DNA of 64,000 nucleotides, taken from NCBI GenBank assembly GCA_963729125.1, contig CAVSML010000004.1, positions 13,287-77,286 on the forward strand. The letters run 5' to 3'. This DNA is from an uncultured Actinomycetes bacterium (GTDB lineage Bacteria > Actinomycetota > Thermoleophilia > Solirubrobacterales > Solirubrobacteraceae). Of this stretch, positions 42,397 to 53,451 are shown in pieces; position 1 is the first letter of the stretch, and each line of letters starts with the position of its first letter. The notes beneath the pieces are model-generated. The model did not search any database, was not told the DNA's origin, and worked only from the letters and a program-made list of their open reading frames with translations. The position numbers and the translations under genes are program-made.

Positions 42397-42509
42397 CATG
42401 GACAACTGACATCTCGCGCCGTCGTTCGCGGCTGCCACGTCGTGCATGAGATACGTGGACAATCGACATCTCGCCGGCGGGCGGCGCCTTGGGATGTCGG
42501 TTGTGCATG
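42397..42509. promoter_or_regulatory. three copies of a ~19-bp motif (two direct, one inverted)
   Basis: CATGGACAACTGACATCTC (42397-42415), CGTGGACAATCGACATCTC (42454-42472), and inverted GGGATGTCGGTTGTGCATG (42491-42509). The reverse complements of the first two contain TTGTCCA(T/C)G. Confidence 0.6.
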
Positions 42510-42559
42510 CGCGGCGCCGCCCACTGCGCGGCTTGCGCGAAGTCGTCGCGCCAGTCCGC

Positions 42560-42766
42560 AGAGGACTCAGTGGCGGCGGTCGGCGCGGCGGGCGCCCGAA
42601 GGCGGCGCAGGACCTCGGGCATGCGCTCGACGCTCTTGATGCGCTCGGCCGGCGTCCCCTCGAGCGATCGCGGACCGGCTGACGCCGACGCGGGCCGCGA
42701 GCGCCGCCTGGTCAAGCCCGCCGCGCGGCGCACGTCGCCGATCAGGAGTTCGGGGCGCACGTGCAT
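42560..42766 (-). pseudogene. possible XRE-type HTH gene with compensating frameshifts (weak)
   Basis: The ATG at 42766 gives MHVRPELLIGDVRRAAGL. A shifted frame then gives DQAALAARVGVSRSAIA, and the original frame gives LEGTPAERIKSVERMPEVLRRL. The end is undefined because the frame stays open. Confidence 0.25.
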
Positions 42767-42820
42767 CGTGACCTCGAGGTCGTGCGCGAGCCGGAGCGAC
42801 GACCTGGGTACGATCAGGCC

Positions 42821-43087
42821 ATGCCGCTTGCGATCTCTCGCGTGCGCGCGATGCCGTGGGTGATGGTCATCCAGCTCGCGATGACGCTGCGCCGCCACTG
42901 GAAGTACCTGACGCCCGGCGAACGCACGAAGCTCGCCACGCTGATCAAGAAGTCGCAGGGCTCGCCGGCGAAGCTCACGCCGCACGAGCGCGCCGAGGTG
43001 CGCCTGCTCGTGCGCAAGCTCGAGCCGATCGCGATCGCCCGCAGCGTCGTGCCGATCGGCCGCAAGGCCGTCGGCCGCCGCCGCTAG
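42821..43087 (+). CDS. hypothetical 88-aa basic protein
   Basis: Internal ATG of ORF 42761..43087: MPLAISRVRAMPWVMVIQLAMTLRRHWKYLTPGERTKLATLIKKSQG... It has Lys as well as Arg, unlike the shadow ORFs. It sits directly upstream of valS. Confidence 0.4.
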   Translation: MPLAISRVRAMPWVMVIQLAMTLRRHWKYLTPGERTKLATLIKKSQGSPAKLTPHERAEVRLLVRKLEPIAIARSVVPIGRKAVGRRR

Positions 43088-43127
43088 CAGTCTGCACCCA
43101 GAAGCGCTCCATAGACTGACCTGTCTG

Positions 43128-45776
43128 ATGGGAGCCCTCGAGGATCGCACGCGCTTCGAACCGGCCGAGGCCGAGCCGCGGATCGTCGCGCGCTGGCTGG
43201 AGGCGGGCATCGCGCACCCCGAGACAGCCGGCGCACCCGGGGAGAACTACTCGATCGCCGTGCCGCCGCCGAACGTCACCGGCGTGCTGCACATGGGCCA
43301 CGCGCTGAACGGCGCGGTCCAGGACGCCCTCGTGCGCTCCAACCGCATGCGCGGGCGGCGCACGAAGTGGATCCTCGGCACCGACCACGCCGGCATCGCG
43401 ACGCAGCGCCAGGTCGAGAAGCGCCTGCTGTCGGAGGGCACGTCGCGCCAGCAGGTCGGCCGCGAGGAGTTCGTGCGCCGCGTGTGGGAGTGGCGCGAGG
43501 AGCACGGCGGGCAGATCATCGACCAGTTCAAGCGCCTCGGCGCGACGCTCGACTACGAGGACGAGCGCTTCACGATGGACGAGGCCTACATGGCCGCGGT
43601 GCGCAAGGTCTTCGTCGATCTCTACGAGCAGGGGCTGATCTACCGCGACAACTACATGGTCAACTGGGACCCCGGCCTGCAGTCGGCGATCTCCGACCTC
43701 GAGGTCGAGGAGCGCGAGGGGATCGTCGACACGATGTACTCGATCGCCTACCCGCTGGCCTCCGGCGAGGGCGAGGTCGTCGTCTCGACGGTGCGCCCCG
43801 AGACGATGCTGGCCGACACCGCGGTCGCCGTGCACCCCGGCGACGAGCGCTACGCCGGCCTCGTCGGCCAGGAGGTGATCCTGCCGCTCGCCGGCCGGCG
43901 CCTGCGGGTCATCGCCGACGACTACGTCAAGACCGACTTCGGCACGGGCGCGCTGAAGATCACCCCCGGCCACGACCCCAACGACTTCGAGATCGGCCTC
44001 CGCCACGGCCTCGAGCGCATCAGCGTCATCGGCGAGGACGGCCTGATGACGGCGCAGGCCGGCGAGCGCTACGCCGGGCTGACCGTGATGGAAGCGCGCG
44101 AGCGCGTGGTTGGAGACCTCGAGCAGCAGGGGCTGCTGCGCGCGCGCGAGGAGTACGTCCACGCCGTTCCCTTCAGCCACCGCTCGGGCGCGCGGATCGA
44201 GCCGCTGATCTCGCTGCAGTGGTTCATGCGCATGGACGAGCTGGCCGCGCCGGCGATCGAGGTCGTGCGCGACGGGCGCGTGCGCATCCACCCGCCGTCG
44301 CAGTCCAAGCGCTACCTCGACTGGCTGGCGGAGATCCGCCCGTGGTGCATCTCGCGCCAGTTGTGGTGGGGCCACCAGATCCCCGTCTGGTATCGCGGCG
44401 CCGAGACCTTCTGCGCGATGCAGCCGCCGGAGGGCGACGGCTGGGAGCAGGACCCCGACGTGCTCGACACGTGGTTCTCCTCTGCGCTGTGGCCGTTCGC
44501 GACGCTCGGCTGGCCCGAGGACACGCCCGATCTGCGCGCCTTCTACCCGACCGACGTGCTTTCGACGGCGCGCGACATCCTCTTTCTGTGGGTCACGCGG
44601 ATGGTGATGATGGGCCTGCGCTTCACCGGCGCCGTGCCGTTCGCCGACGTCTACGTGCACTCGATCATCCAGTCGCCCGACGGCCGGCGGATGAGCAAGT
44701 CGCTGGGCACCGGGATCGACCCGCTCGAGCTGATCGACGGCGGCCCGCGCCCGCCGGTCTTCCCCGAGAACGGCGACTTCCCCGCCTACGGCGCCGACGC
44801 GCTGCGCTTCGGCCTGCTGGCGATGTCCTCGACGCAGGACGTGCGCTTCAGCGAGGAGAAGATCCAGCAGGGCCAGGCGCTCGCCAACAAGCTCTACAAC
44901 GCCACGCGCTTCGTCGCCCTGCGCGTGAAGTCCGACGCCGCCCGCCCCGAGCCCGAGCCGCTACCGCGCACGGTCGAGGACCGCTGGATCCTCTCGCGCC
45001 TGCAGGCGATCGAGGCCGACACGCGTGCACGCCTCGACGACTTCGACTTCGCCAAGGCCGCGCTCGGCCTCTATGACTTCGTCTACGGCGACCTCTGCGA
45101 CTGGTACCTGGAGCTCGTCAAGCCGCGACTGGCCGACGGCGCGGACCCCGCCGAGCGCGCCGCGCTGAGCGCGACGCTGCTGCACGTCCTGCGCGAGACG
45201 ATCGCCACCGCGCACCCGATCATCCCGTTCGTCACCGAGGAGCTGTGGGACCTGCTGGGCTACACGGCCGCCGAGGGCCTGCTGGCCGCCGGTCGCCTGC
45301 CCGAGCCCGACGAGGCGCTGCGCGACGTCGCCGCCGAGCAGGAGCTGGACCGCGCGATCGAGGCGATCAAGGCCCTGCGCACGTGGCGCGACTCGGTCAA
45401 CGTCAAGGCCGGAGCGATCGTCCCCGGCGTGCTGCGCGCCGACGGCTACGAGCAGACCGCGGCGCGCATCGCCGGGCTCGCGCGGTTCGACTTCGCCGCC
45501 GACGCCAACGGCGCCGAGCCGGTCGCGACGATCGCGATCCCCGGCGGCGCGGTCGGCGTGCTGGCCTGTGACGCCGTCGACCTCGGCGCCGCCGACCGCC
45601 GCCTGGCGGCCGAGTTCGAGACGCTGACCCGCGAGATCGAGCGCGCCGAGAGAAAGCTCTCCAACGAGGGCTTCGTCGCCAAGGCGCCGGCGCCCGTCGT
45701 CGCGGCCGAGCAGGCCAAGCTCGTGCGACTGCGCGAGGAGCTCGCCGCGGTGCGCGCGCAGGTGGGGGACGGGTGA
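43128..45776 (+). CDS. valS: valine--tRNA ligase
   Basis: Intact 882-aa ORF with HIGH-type PPPNVTGVLHMGHA, KMSKS (RMSKSLG) and a C-terminal coiled coil. Confidence 0.97.
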   Translation: MGALEDRTRFEPAEAEPRIVARWLEAGIAHPETAGAPGENYSIAVPPPNVTGVLHMGHALNGAVQDALVRSNRMRGRRTKWILGTDHAGIATQRQVEKRLLSEGTSRQQVGREEFVRRVWEWREEHGGQIIDQFKRLGATLDYEDERFTMDEAYMAAVRKVFVDLYEQGLIYRDNYMVNWDPGLQSAISDLEVEEREGIVDTMYSIAYPLASGEGEVVVSTVRPETMLADTAVAVHPGDERYAGLVGQEVILPLAGRRLRVIADDYVKTDFGTGALKITPGHDPNDFEIGLRHGLERISVIGEDGLMTAQAGERYAGLTVMEARERVVGDLEQQGLLRAREEYVHAVPFSHRSGARIEPLISLQWFMRMDELAAPAIEVVRDGRVRIHPPSQSKRYLDWLAEIRPWCISRQLWWGHQIPVWYRGAETFCAMQPPEGDGWEQDPDVLDTWFSSALWPFATLGWPEDTPDLRAFYPTDVLSTARDILFLWVTRMVMMGLRFTGAVPFADVYVHSIIQSPDGRRMSKSLGTGIDPLELIDGGPRPPVFPENGDFPAYGADALRFGLLAMSSTQDVRFSEEKIQQGQALANKLYNATRFVALRVKSDAARPEPEPLPRTVEDRWILSRLQAIEADTRARLDDFDFAKAALGLYDFVYGDLCDWYLELVKPRLADGADPAERAALSATLLHVLRETIATAHPIIPFVTEELWDLLGYTAAEGLLAAGRLPEPDEALRDVAAEQELDRAIEAIKALRTWRDSVNVKAGAIVPGVLRADGYEQTAARIAGLARFDFAADANGAEPVATIAIPGGAVGVLACDAVDLGAADRRLAAEFETLTREIERAERKLSNEGFVAKAPAPVVAAEQAKLVRLREELAAVRAQVGDG

Positions 45777-47053
45777 CCCAGCACGCGCCGTCGACCACTC
45801 CGAGCGCGGCCGAGGCCGAGCGCTGGCTGCTGTCGCTGGAGCTCTTCGGCATGCGCTTCGGGCTGGAGCGCATGCACCGGCTGATGGGCGAGCTGGGCTC
45901 GCCGAACGAGGCGTTCGCAGCGATCCACGTCGTCGGGACCAACGGCAAGTCCTCCACGGTGCGGATGATCGCGGCGATCCTCGCCCAGCACGGCGTCCAC
46001 GCCGGCGCCTACCTCTCGCCGCACCTGGTCTCCTTCTCCGAGCGCATCCGCATCGACGGCAGCGACGTCTCGCCGGAGGCCTTCGCCGCCGCCGCCGGCC
46101 GCTCCCGCGCCGTCGCCGAGATCGTTGACGCCACGCTCGAACCCGGCGACGTCGTGACGCAGTTCGAGGCGCTCACGGCCGCCGCCTACGCGCTGCTCGC
46201 CGACGCGGGCGTCGAGGTCGCGGTCGTCGAGGCCGGCCTCGGCGGGCGCTGGGACGCGACGAACGTCATCGGCGCGCAGATCGCGGTGCTGACGAACATC
46301 GGCCTCGAGCACACGCGCTGGCTGGGCTCGACGATCGCCGAGATCGCGCGCGAGAAGCTCGCCGTGCTCGCCGAGGGCGCGACGCTCGTGCTCGGCGCCG
46401 ACCTGCATCCCGAGGCCGACCGCGAGGCGCGCCTCGCCGCTGCCCGTGAGGGGGCGACGATCGTGCGCGCGGGCACGGGCGAGCTGCCGGCAGACGTCGA
46501 GCTGCTGGCTCGCGGCGCCTTCCAGCGGCGCAACTTCGCCGTCGCCTGCGCCGCCGCGCGCGCCTATCTCGGCGAGCTCGACGAGCCGGCGGTGCTGGCC
46601 GCCGCGGCGTCGACCGCGGTGCCCGGTCGCTTCGAGGTTCGCGCCGACGGCGACGGCGAACTGGTGCTCGACGGCGCTCATAACGCTGCGGGGGTGGCAG
46701 CGTTGCTCGAGTCGCTGCCTTCGTACCTCGCCGGCCGCTCGCTGGTCGCGGTCGTGTCGGTGCTCGACGACAAGGATGTCTCCTCGATGCTCGAGCACCT
46801 GCTCGACCTGTGCGACGGCATCGTCTTCACCGCCAGCGACAACCCGCGCGCGCTGGCGCCCGAGACCCTGGCCGAGCGGGCGGGCGAGCTCCCCGCGCAC
46901 GTCCTCGCGCGCGTGGACGACGATCCGCGCCGCGCGCTGGCGATCGCGCGCGAGCTGGCCGGGCCGCGCGGCGTCGTCCTGGCGACCGGCTCGATCTACC
47001 TCGTCGCCGACCTCGCGCGGCCGGCCGGCGCCGGCCGGGGATCGATGCTGTGA
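45773..47053 (+). CDS. folC: bifunctional folylpolyglutamate synthase / dihydrofolate synthase
   Basis: The GTG start overlaps the valS stop (GTGA). P-loop VVGTNGKSST and the Mur-ligase family layout. Confidence 0.9.
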   Translation: MTQHAPSTTPSAAEAERWLLSLELFGMRFGLERMHRLMGELGSPNEAFAAIHVVGTNGKSSTVRMIAAILAQHGVHAGAYLSPHLVSFSERIRIDGSDVSPEAFAAAAGRSRAVAEIVDATLEPGDVVTQFEALTAAAYALLADAGVEVAVVEAGLGGRWDATNVIGAQIAVLTNIGLEHTRWLGSTIAEIAREKLAVLAEGATLVLGADLHPEADREARLAAAREGATIVRAGTGELPADVELLARGAFQRRNFAVACAAARAYLGELDEPAVLAAAASTAVPGRFEVRADGDGELVLDGAHNAAGVAALLESLPSYLAGRSLVAVVSVLDDKDVSSMLEHLLDLCDGIVFTASDNPRALAPETLAERAGELPAHVLARVDDDPRRALAIARELAGPRGVVLATGSIYLVADLARPAGAGRGSML

Positions 47054-47167
47054 GCGAGAACCGGCCGTTGAACGCTCGTCCTGATCGGCGCCGTGGCGCT
47101 GATCGTCGCGGTCGTGATCCTCGTGTTCTTCGCGTTCGGCTACGGGCTCGGACGCCTGTTCCTGTGA
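47050..47167 (+). CDS. possible 38-39 aa single-pass membrane peptide (needs a 1-nt correction near 47078)
   Basis: The GTG at 47050 overlaps the folC TGA (GTGA). After VSENRPLN, the hydrophobic LVLIGAVALIVAVVILVFFAFGYGLGRLFL-stop lies in the adjacent frame. Confidence 0.3.
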
Positions 47168-47223
47168 GCTTTGCAGGGCTTCGGCCAGACCGCGTCCACC
47201 GACCCGGCTAAGCTCCCCCGATC

Positions 47224-47715
47224 GTGCTCGGCGTCTTCGGGATCAACAGCCAGGGGCTCAACCTCGCGGTCAACCTGGCCATCCTCTTCTTGGTCGTCAT
47301 CTACCTGGCGCTCGTGTACTGGACCTACATGGATGCGCTGCGGCGGATCTCCGACCCGATGCTCGTCATCTGCGCGACGGTGGCATCGCTGATTCCCTTC
47401 ATCGGAACGATCCTCTACGTGATCGTGCGCCCGCCGGAGTACCTCGACGACGTCCGCGAGCGCGAGCTCGAGATGCAGGCCTCCGAGGCCCGCCTCGCCG
47501 ATCTGAACTACATGCTGTGCCCGCACTGCGACTACGAGGTGGAGAAGGACTTCCTACGCTGTCCACACTGCCTGCGCAAGCTGCGCGCCCCCTGCGGGAC
47601 GTGCCGCCGGCCGCTGGACCCGACATGGAAGATCTGCCCGTACTGCGAGTCGGAGCTGTCGAACCACGGCTCCGAGGGCCGCGTGCGCCGGCGGGCGACC
47701 GCCGCCGAGCCGTGA
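47224..47715 (+). CDS. membrane protein with PLDc_N-like N-terminus and double zinc-ribbon C-terminus
   Basis: Intact 163-aa ORF with two TM segments (NLAILFLVVIYLALVYWTYMDA, PFIGTILYVIVRP). Cys pairs follow: CPHCDYEV...CPHC...CGTC...CPYC. Confidence 0.75.
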   Translation: MLGVFGINSQGLNLAVNLAILFLVVIYLALVYWTYMDALRRISDPMLVICATVASLIPFIGTILYVIVRPPEYLDDVRERELEMQASEARLADLNYMLCPHCDYEVEKDFLRCPHCLRKLRAPCGTCRRPLDPTWKICPYCESELSNHGSEGRVRRRATAAEP

Positions 47716-47754
47716 CCGCGGCCGGCTGAACCCCACACTTAGGAGACTCACACG

Positions 47755-48148
47755 ATGGACCGGACTCTGATCCTGGTGAAGCCCGACGCGTTTGCGCGCA
47801 AGCTGACGGGCGACATCATCGCCCGCTTCGAGCGCAAGGGCCTGCGGATCGTTGCCCTGAAGATGATGACCGTCGACGACGATCTCGCTCGCGCGCACTA
47901 CGCCGAGCACGAAGGCAGGCCGTTCTTCGAGGGCCTGGTCGAGTTCATCACCTCGGGCCCGCTCGTGGCGATGATCCTCGAGGGCACCGACGCCGTCAAG
48001 GCAGCGCGCCAGGTCATCGGCGAGACCGACCCGCTCGACGCCGCGCCGGGGTCGATCCGCGGCGACTACGCGCTGCAGATGCAGCGAAACCTCGTCCACG
48101 GCTCGGACTCACCGAAATCCGCCGCCCGCGAGGAAGCCCTCTTCTTCG

Positions 48149-48156
<8 letters not shown>
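47755..48156 (+). CDS. ndk: nucleoside-diphosphate kinase
   Basis: Intact 133-aa ORF: [11 protein letters not shown], active-site [13 protein letters not shown] lies upstream. Confidence 0.97.
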
Positions 48157-49884
<1,728 letters not shown>

Positions 49885-49935
49885 CGCGCAGCGGATCACA
49901 CCGAACACCAACAACGCCTTGGAGCCCTCACCCAC

Positions 49936-50814
49936 GTGTACGACAAGACGGTCCGGCGTCGCCGGGCAGTCCTCGGACTGCTCGTCGCCTGCTCCCTGAT
50001 CCTGCTCACCGCCTATTTCGGCGAGTCCGGCGGCGGCGTCCTGCACGGTGTGCAGCGCGGCACGAGCGAGGTGCTCAACCCGGTCCAGGAGGGCGCGAGT
50101 CGCGCCCTCAAGCCGGTGCGCGACCTGTTCGGGTGGTTCGGCGACACCCTGTCGGCCAAGAGCGATCTCGAGAAGCTGACCGCCGAGCGCGACCGGCTGC
50201 GCGGCGAGCTCGCGCTGCGCGACACCGCGCGCTACGAGAACGCCCGCATGGCCAAGCTGCTCGAGACCACCGGCGCGCTCGGCCTCGATCAGTACGGCCC
50301 GGTGACAGGGCGCGTGATCGCCACCTCTCCGACCGTCTGGTACGCGACGATTCGCGTCGACAAGGGGTCGAGCGACGGGGTGAGGTTGGGTCATCCGGTG
50401 ATCAACGAGGAGGCGCTGATCGGGCGCGTGACGGCGGTCTTCAGCGGCGCCGCGCAGGTCACGCTGCTGACCGACACCGCGACGTCCAGCGCCGGCGTGC
50501 CCGCGCGCGCCGGGCGGCGCAGCGTCTTCGGCGTCGTCGAGCCCGTCGGCGCGGGCAACCCCAACGACCTGCTGCTGCGCCACGTGCCGCCGGGCTCGAG
50601 GCTCGGCGTCGGAGATCGCGTGCTGACGCGCGGCACGGTCTCCGACACCGACCGCTTCCCGTCGCTGTATCCGCGCGGGCTGCCGATCGGCGAGATCTCG
50701 CGCATCGACAACAAGGGCACCGACACCGAAGAGGTGCACCTGCGCCCGTACGCCAACATGCGCGACCTCGACTTCGTCCAGATCCTCACGCGCTCGCAGG
50801 GGCCGGCCACGTGA
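49936..50814 (+). CDS. mreC: rod shape-determining protein MreC
   Basis: 292-aa ORF with an N-terminal TM segment, a coiled coil (LEKLTAERDRLRGEL) and a beta-rich C-terminus. It lies between mreB and mreD. Confidence 0.85.
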   Translation: MYDKTVRRRRAVLGLLVACSLILLTAYFGESGGGVLHGVQRGTSEVLNPVQEGASRALKPVRDLFGWFGDTLSAKSDLEKLTAERDRLRGELALRDTARYENARMAKLLETTGALGLDQYGPVTGRVIATSPTVWYATIRVDKGSSDGVRLGHPVINEEALIGRVTAVFSGAAQVTLLTDTATSSAGVPARAGRRSVFGVVEPVGAGNPNDLLLRHVPPGSRLGVGDRVLTRGTVSDTDRFPSLYPRGLPIGEISRIDNKGTDTEEVHLRPYANMRDLDFVQILTRSQGPAT

Positions 50815-51380
50815 CGTCGCCGACACCGCAGCTGCTCGCCCGCCTCGTCGCGCTCGCCCTCGGCGGCGTCGTCGTGCAGACGGCGGCGGTCTCCCAGCTG
50901 CCGATCGCCGGCGCCAGCGCCGACCTCTCGCCGCTGCTGGTGATGGCCGTCGGCCTGCTGTGCGGCTCGCTGGCGGGCGGCTGCTTCGGCTTCGGCGTCG
51001 GCCTGTTCGTCGACATCGTCTCGATCCAGACCCTCGGCGTCAGCTCGCTCGTGCTGCTCGCCGTCGGCTACGGCGCGGGGCGCCTGCGCGAGGCGCGCGA
51101 CCCGGAGGGCACGCTCGTGCCGCTCGCGGTCGGCGCGATCGCGACGCTGACCTTCAGCGTCGGCTTCGCGGTCATGCAGTTCCTGCTCGGGGCGAGCTCG
51201 CCGGTCAGCTGGGCGCTGCTGCGCCAGACGCTCGCGACGCTCGTCATCAACGCGCTGATCGCGCTGCCCGTCTACGCCCTCGTGCGGCGTTGGCTGCTGG
51301 CGGCGCTGCCCGACGATCCTCGCCGCCGGCGACGGCGCGCCTACACGACCGGCGGCCTGTCGCCGCTGTCACGCTCATGA
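50811..51380 (+). CDS. mreD: rod shape-determining protein MreD
   Basis: The GTG at 50811 overlaps the mreC stop (GTGA). It is a polytopic hydrophobic protein of 189 aa in the frame of ORF 49158..51380. Confidence 0.75.
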   Translation: MTSPTPQLLARLVALALGGVVVQTAAVSQLPIAGASADLSPLLVMAVGLLCGSLAGGCFGFGVGLFVDIVSIQTLGVSSLVLLAVGYGAGRLREARDPEGTLVPLAVGAIATLTFSVGFAVMQFLLGASSPVSWALLRQTLATLVINALIALPVYALVRRWLLAALPDDPRRRRRRAYTTGGLSPLSRS

Positions 51381-53451
51381 TGGAACCCGTCTCCGAGCGC
51401 CGGCCCCCCATCACGCCGCAGCTGGCGCTGCGCGTCGCGGTCTTCGGCGCGGTCGCCTTCGCGCTGTTCGCGATCGTCTTCTTCCGCCTCTGGTACCTGC
51501 AGGTGCTGTCGGGCGAGCAGTACCTCGCGCAGGCCAACTCCAACCGCGTGCGCAGCCTGCCGGTCCCCGCGCCGCGCGGCAAGGTCGTCGATCGCGAGGG
51601 CAAGGTCATCGTGCAGAACAAGTTCGCTGCCGTGATCGAGATCGATCCGAGCTCGCTGCCCCAGGACGAGCGCGACCTGGCGGCCGACTGGGGCAAGCGG
51701 ATGGGCGAGCGCGCCGCCAGGCCCGACGGCCGCCGCGGCGAGCCGCCCGGATCCCGCCGATCCCGACGAACCAGCTGAAGGCGCGCTACGCGCGCCTGGC
51801 AGAGGTGCTGAACACGACCGCCACGGGGATCCACCGCCAGGTCGTGCGCTCGCTCGTGCTCGTGCCCTACTCGTCGGCGCGCGTGAAGACCGACGTCCCG
51901 CGCTCGGTGCTGGCCTACATCAGCGAGCGCCCCGAGGAGTTCGCGGGCGTCAACGTCGAGCAGACCTACCTGCGCGACTATCCGGAGGGCCCGCTCGCCG
52001 CCCAGGTGCTCGGCTACGTCGGCGAGATCAGCCCGGATGAGCTCAAGCAGAGCCGCTATCGCGGCGTCAAGCAGGGGACGATCATCGGCAAGGTCGGTCT
52101 CGAGCGCTCCTACGACAAGTACCTGCGCGGCCGCGACGGCATCCGGCGCGTGCAGGTCGACGCGAACGGGCGCCCGATCCCCAACGACCGCCTGCGCGAC
52201 AAGAAGCCCGTCGCCGGCCAGCGCGTGCGGCTGTCGCTGGACCTCGGCCTGCAGCGCGCGTCGCAGAACGCGCTCCGGGGCCCGCTGAACCCGGGCTCCA
52301 ATCCCGGCGCCGCCGTCGCGCTGGACCCGCGCACGGGCGAGGTGCTGGCGATGGCCTCGCACCCGACGTTCGACCCGACGCTGTTCACCAAGCCGCTGAC
52401 CGAAGCGCGCTACAAGGCGCTCGTCGGCGACGACGAGGAGGGCGCGGGGCCGATCTTCAACCGCGCGATCTCGGGCTCCTATCCGAGCGCCTCGACGTTT
52501 AAGCCGATCACGGCGCTGGCGGGGCTCCAGAAGGGCCTGGTGACGCCGGCGACGACGATCGTCAACGGCGGCTGCGTGCAGGTTGCCGAGGCCGAGCGCT
52601 GCAATGCCAAGGACCAGGCCTACGGTCCGGTCGACCTCGCCAGGGCGCTTGAGGTCTCCTCCGACGTCTACTTCTACAAGCTCGGCGTCTCGACGTTCTT
52701 CCGCGGCGGCTCGCTGATCCAGAAGTGGGCGCGCGCGCTGGGCCTCGACGAGCCGACGGGGATCGACCTGCCCGGCGAGTTCGCCGGCCTGATCCCCGAC
52801 AAGGCGTGGCGCGAGGAGATCAACGCGTTCGAGCTGAACTGCCGCAAGAAGGAGAAGATCTCGCCGCAGACCGACGTCTACCGCGCCGGCGCGCTGGGCT
52901 GCGGGCGCTCGGACCTGCGCGGCTACAGCGAGGGCGACAACGCCAGCCTCGCGACCGGCCAGGGCGACGTGCAGGTCACGCCGCTGCAGATGGCCGTCGC
53001 CTACGGAGCGCTCGCGAACGGCGGCAAGGTCGTCACGCCGCATCTCGGCCTCGAGATCGAGAGCCCGCGCGGCGAGCTCGTCCAGCGCATCGAGCGCGAC
53101 CCGTCGCGCAAGGTCTCGATCGACGAGGGCCACCTCGGCGCCGTGCGCGAGGGCCTGCGCCTGGCGGCCAGCACGTCCGACGGCACGTCGGGCGACGTCT
53201 TCGCCAACTGGAACCACGGCGCCTTCCCGCTCTATGGCAAGACCGGCACCGCCGAGCGCAAGCCCAAGCAGGACCAGTCCTGGTACGTAGCCTACGTACC
53301 CGATCCCAAGCGCCCGATCGTCGTCGCGGTGACCGTCGAGGAGGGCGGCTTCGGCGCCGCCGTCGCGGCGCCGATCGCCTGCCGGATACTCGCGCGCTGG
53401 TACAAGCAGGATGCGAGCACGTGCGTCGCGGGGACGTCGGCGGCCCGATGA
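51377..53451 (+). pseudogene. mrdA: penicillin-binding protein 2 (elongasome transpeptidase) with a single apparent 1-nt deletion near 51750
   Basis: The N-terminus MMEPVSERRPPITPQLALRVAVFGAVAFALFAIVFFRLWYLQV...GEPPG is in ORF 50960..51778. IPPIPTNQLKARYARLAEVLNTT and the rest are in the frame of ORF 51805..53451. Transpeptidase motifs STFK (PSASTFKPITA) and KTGTA are present. The ATGA overlaps the mreD stop. Confidence 0.9.

Noticed and set aside
42397-42509. The DnaA-box-like motif array as a replication origin.
   Set aside because: Only three imperfect boxes are present. There is no dnaA/dnaN/rpmH/gyrB context and no AT-rich unwinding element. The location between clpX and valS is not an oriC context. 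It is kept as a regulatory-site candidate only.
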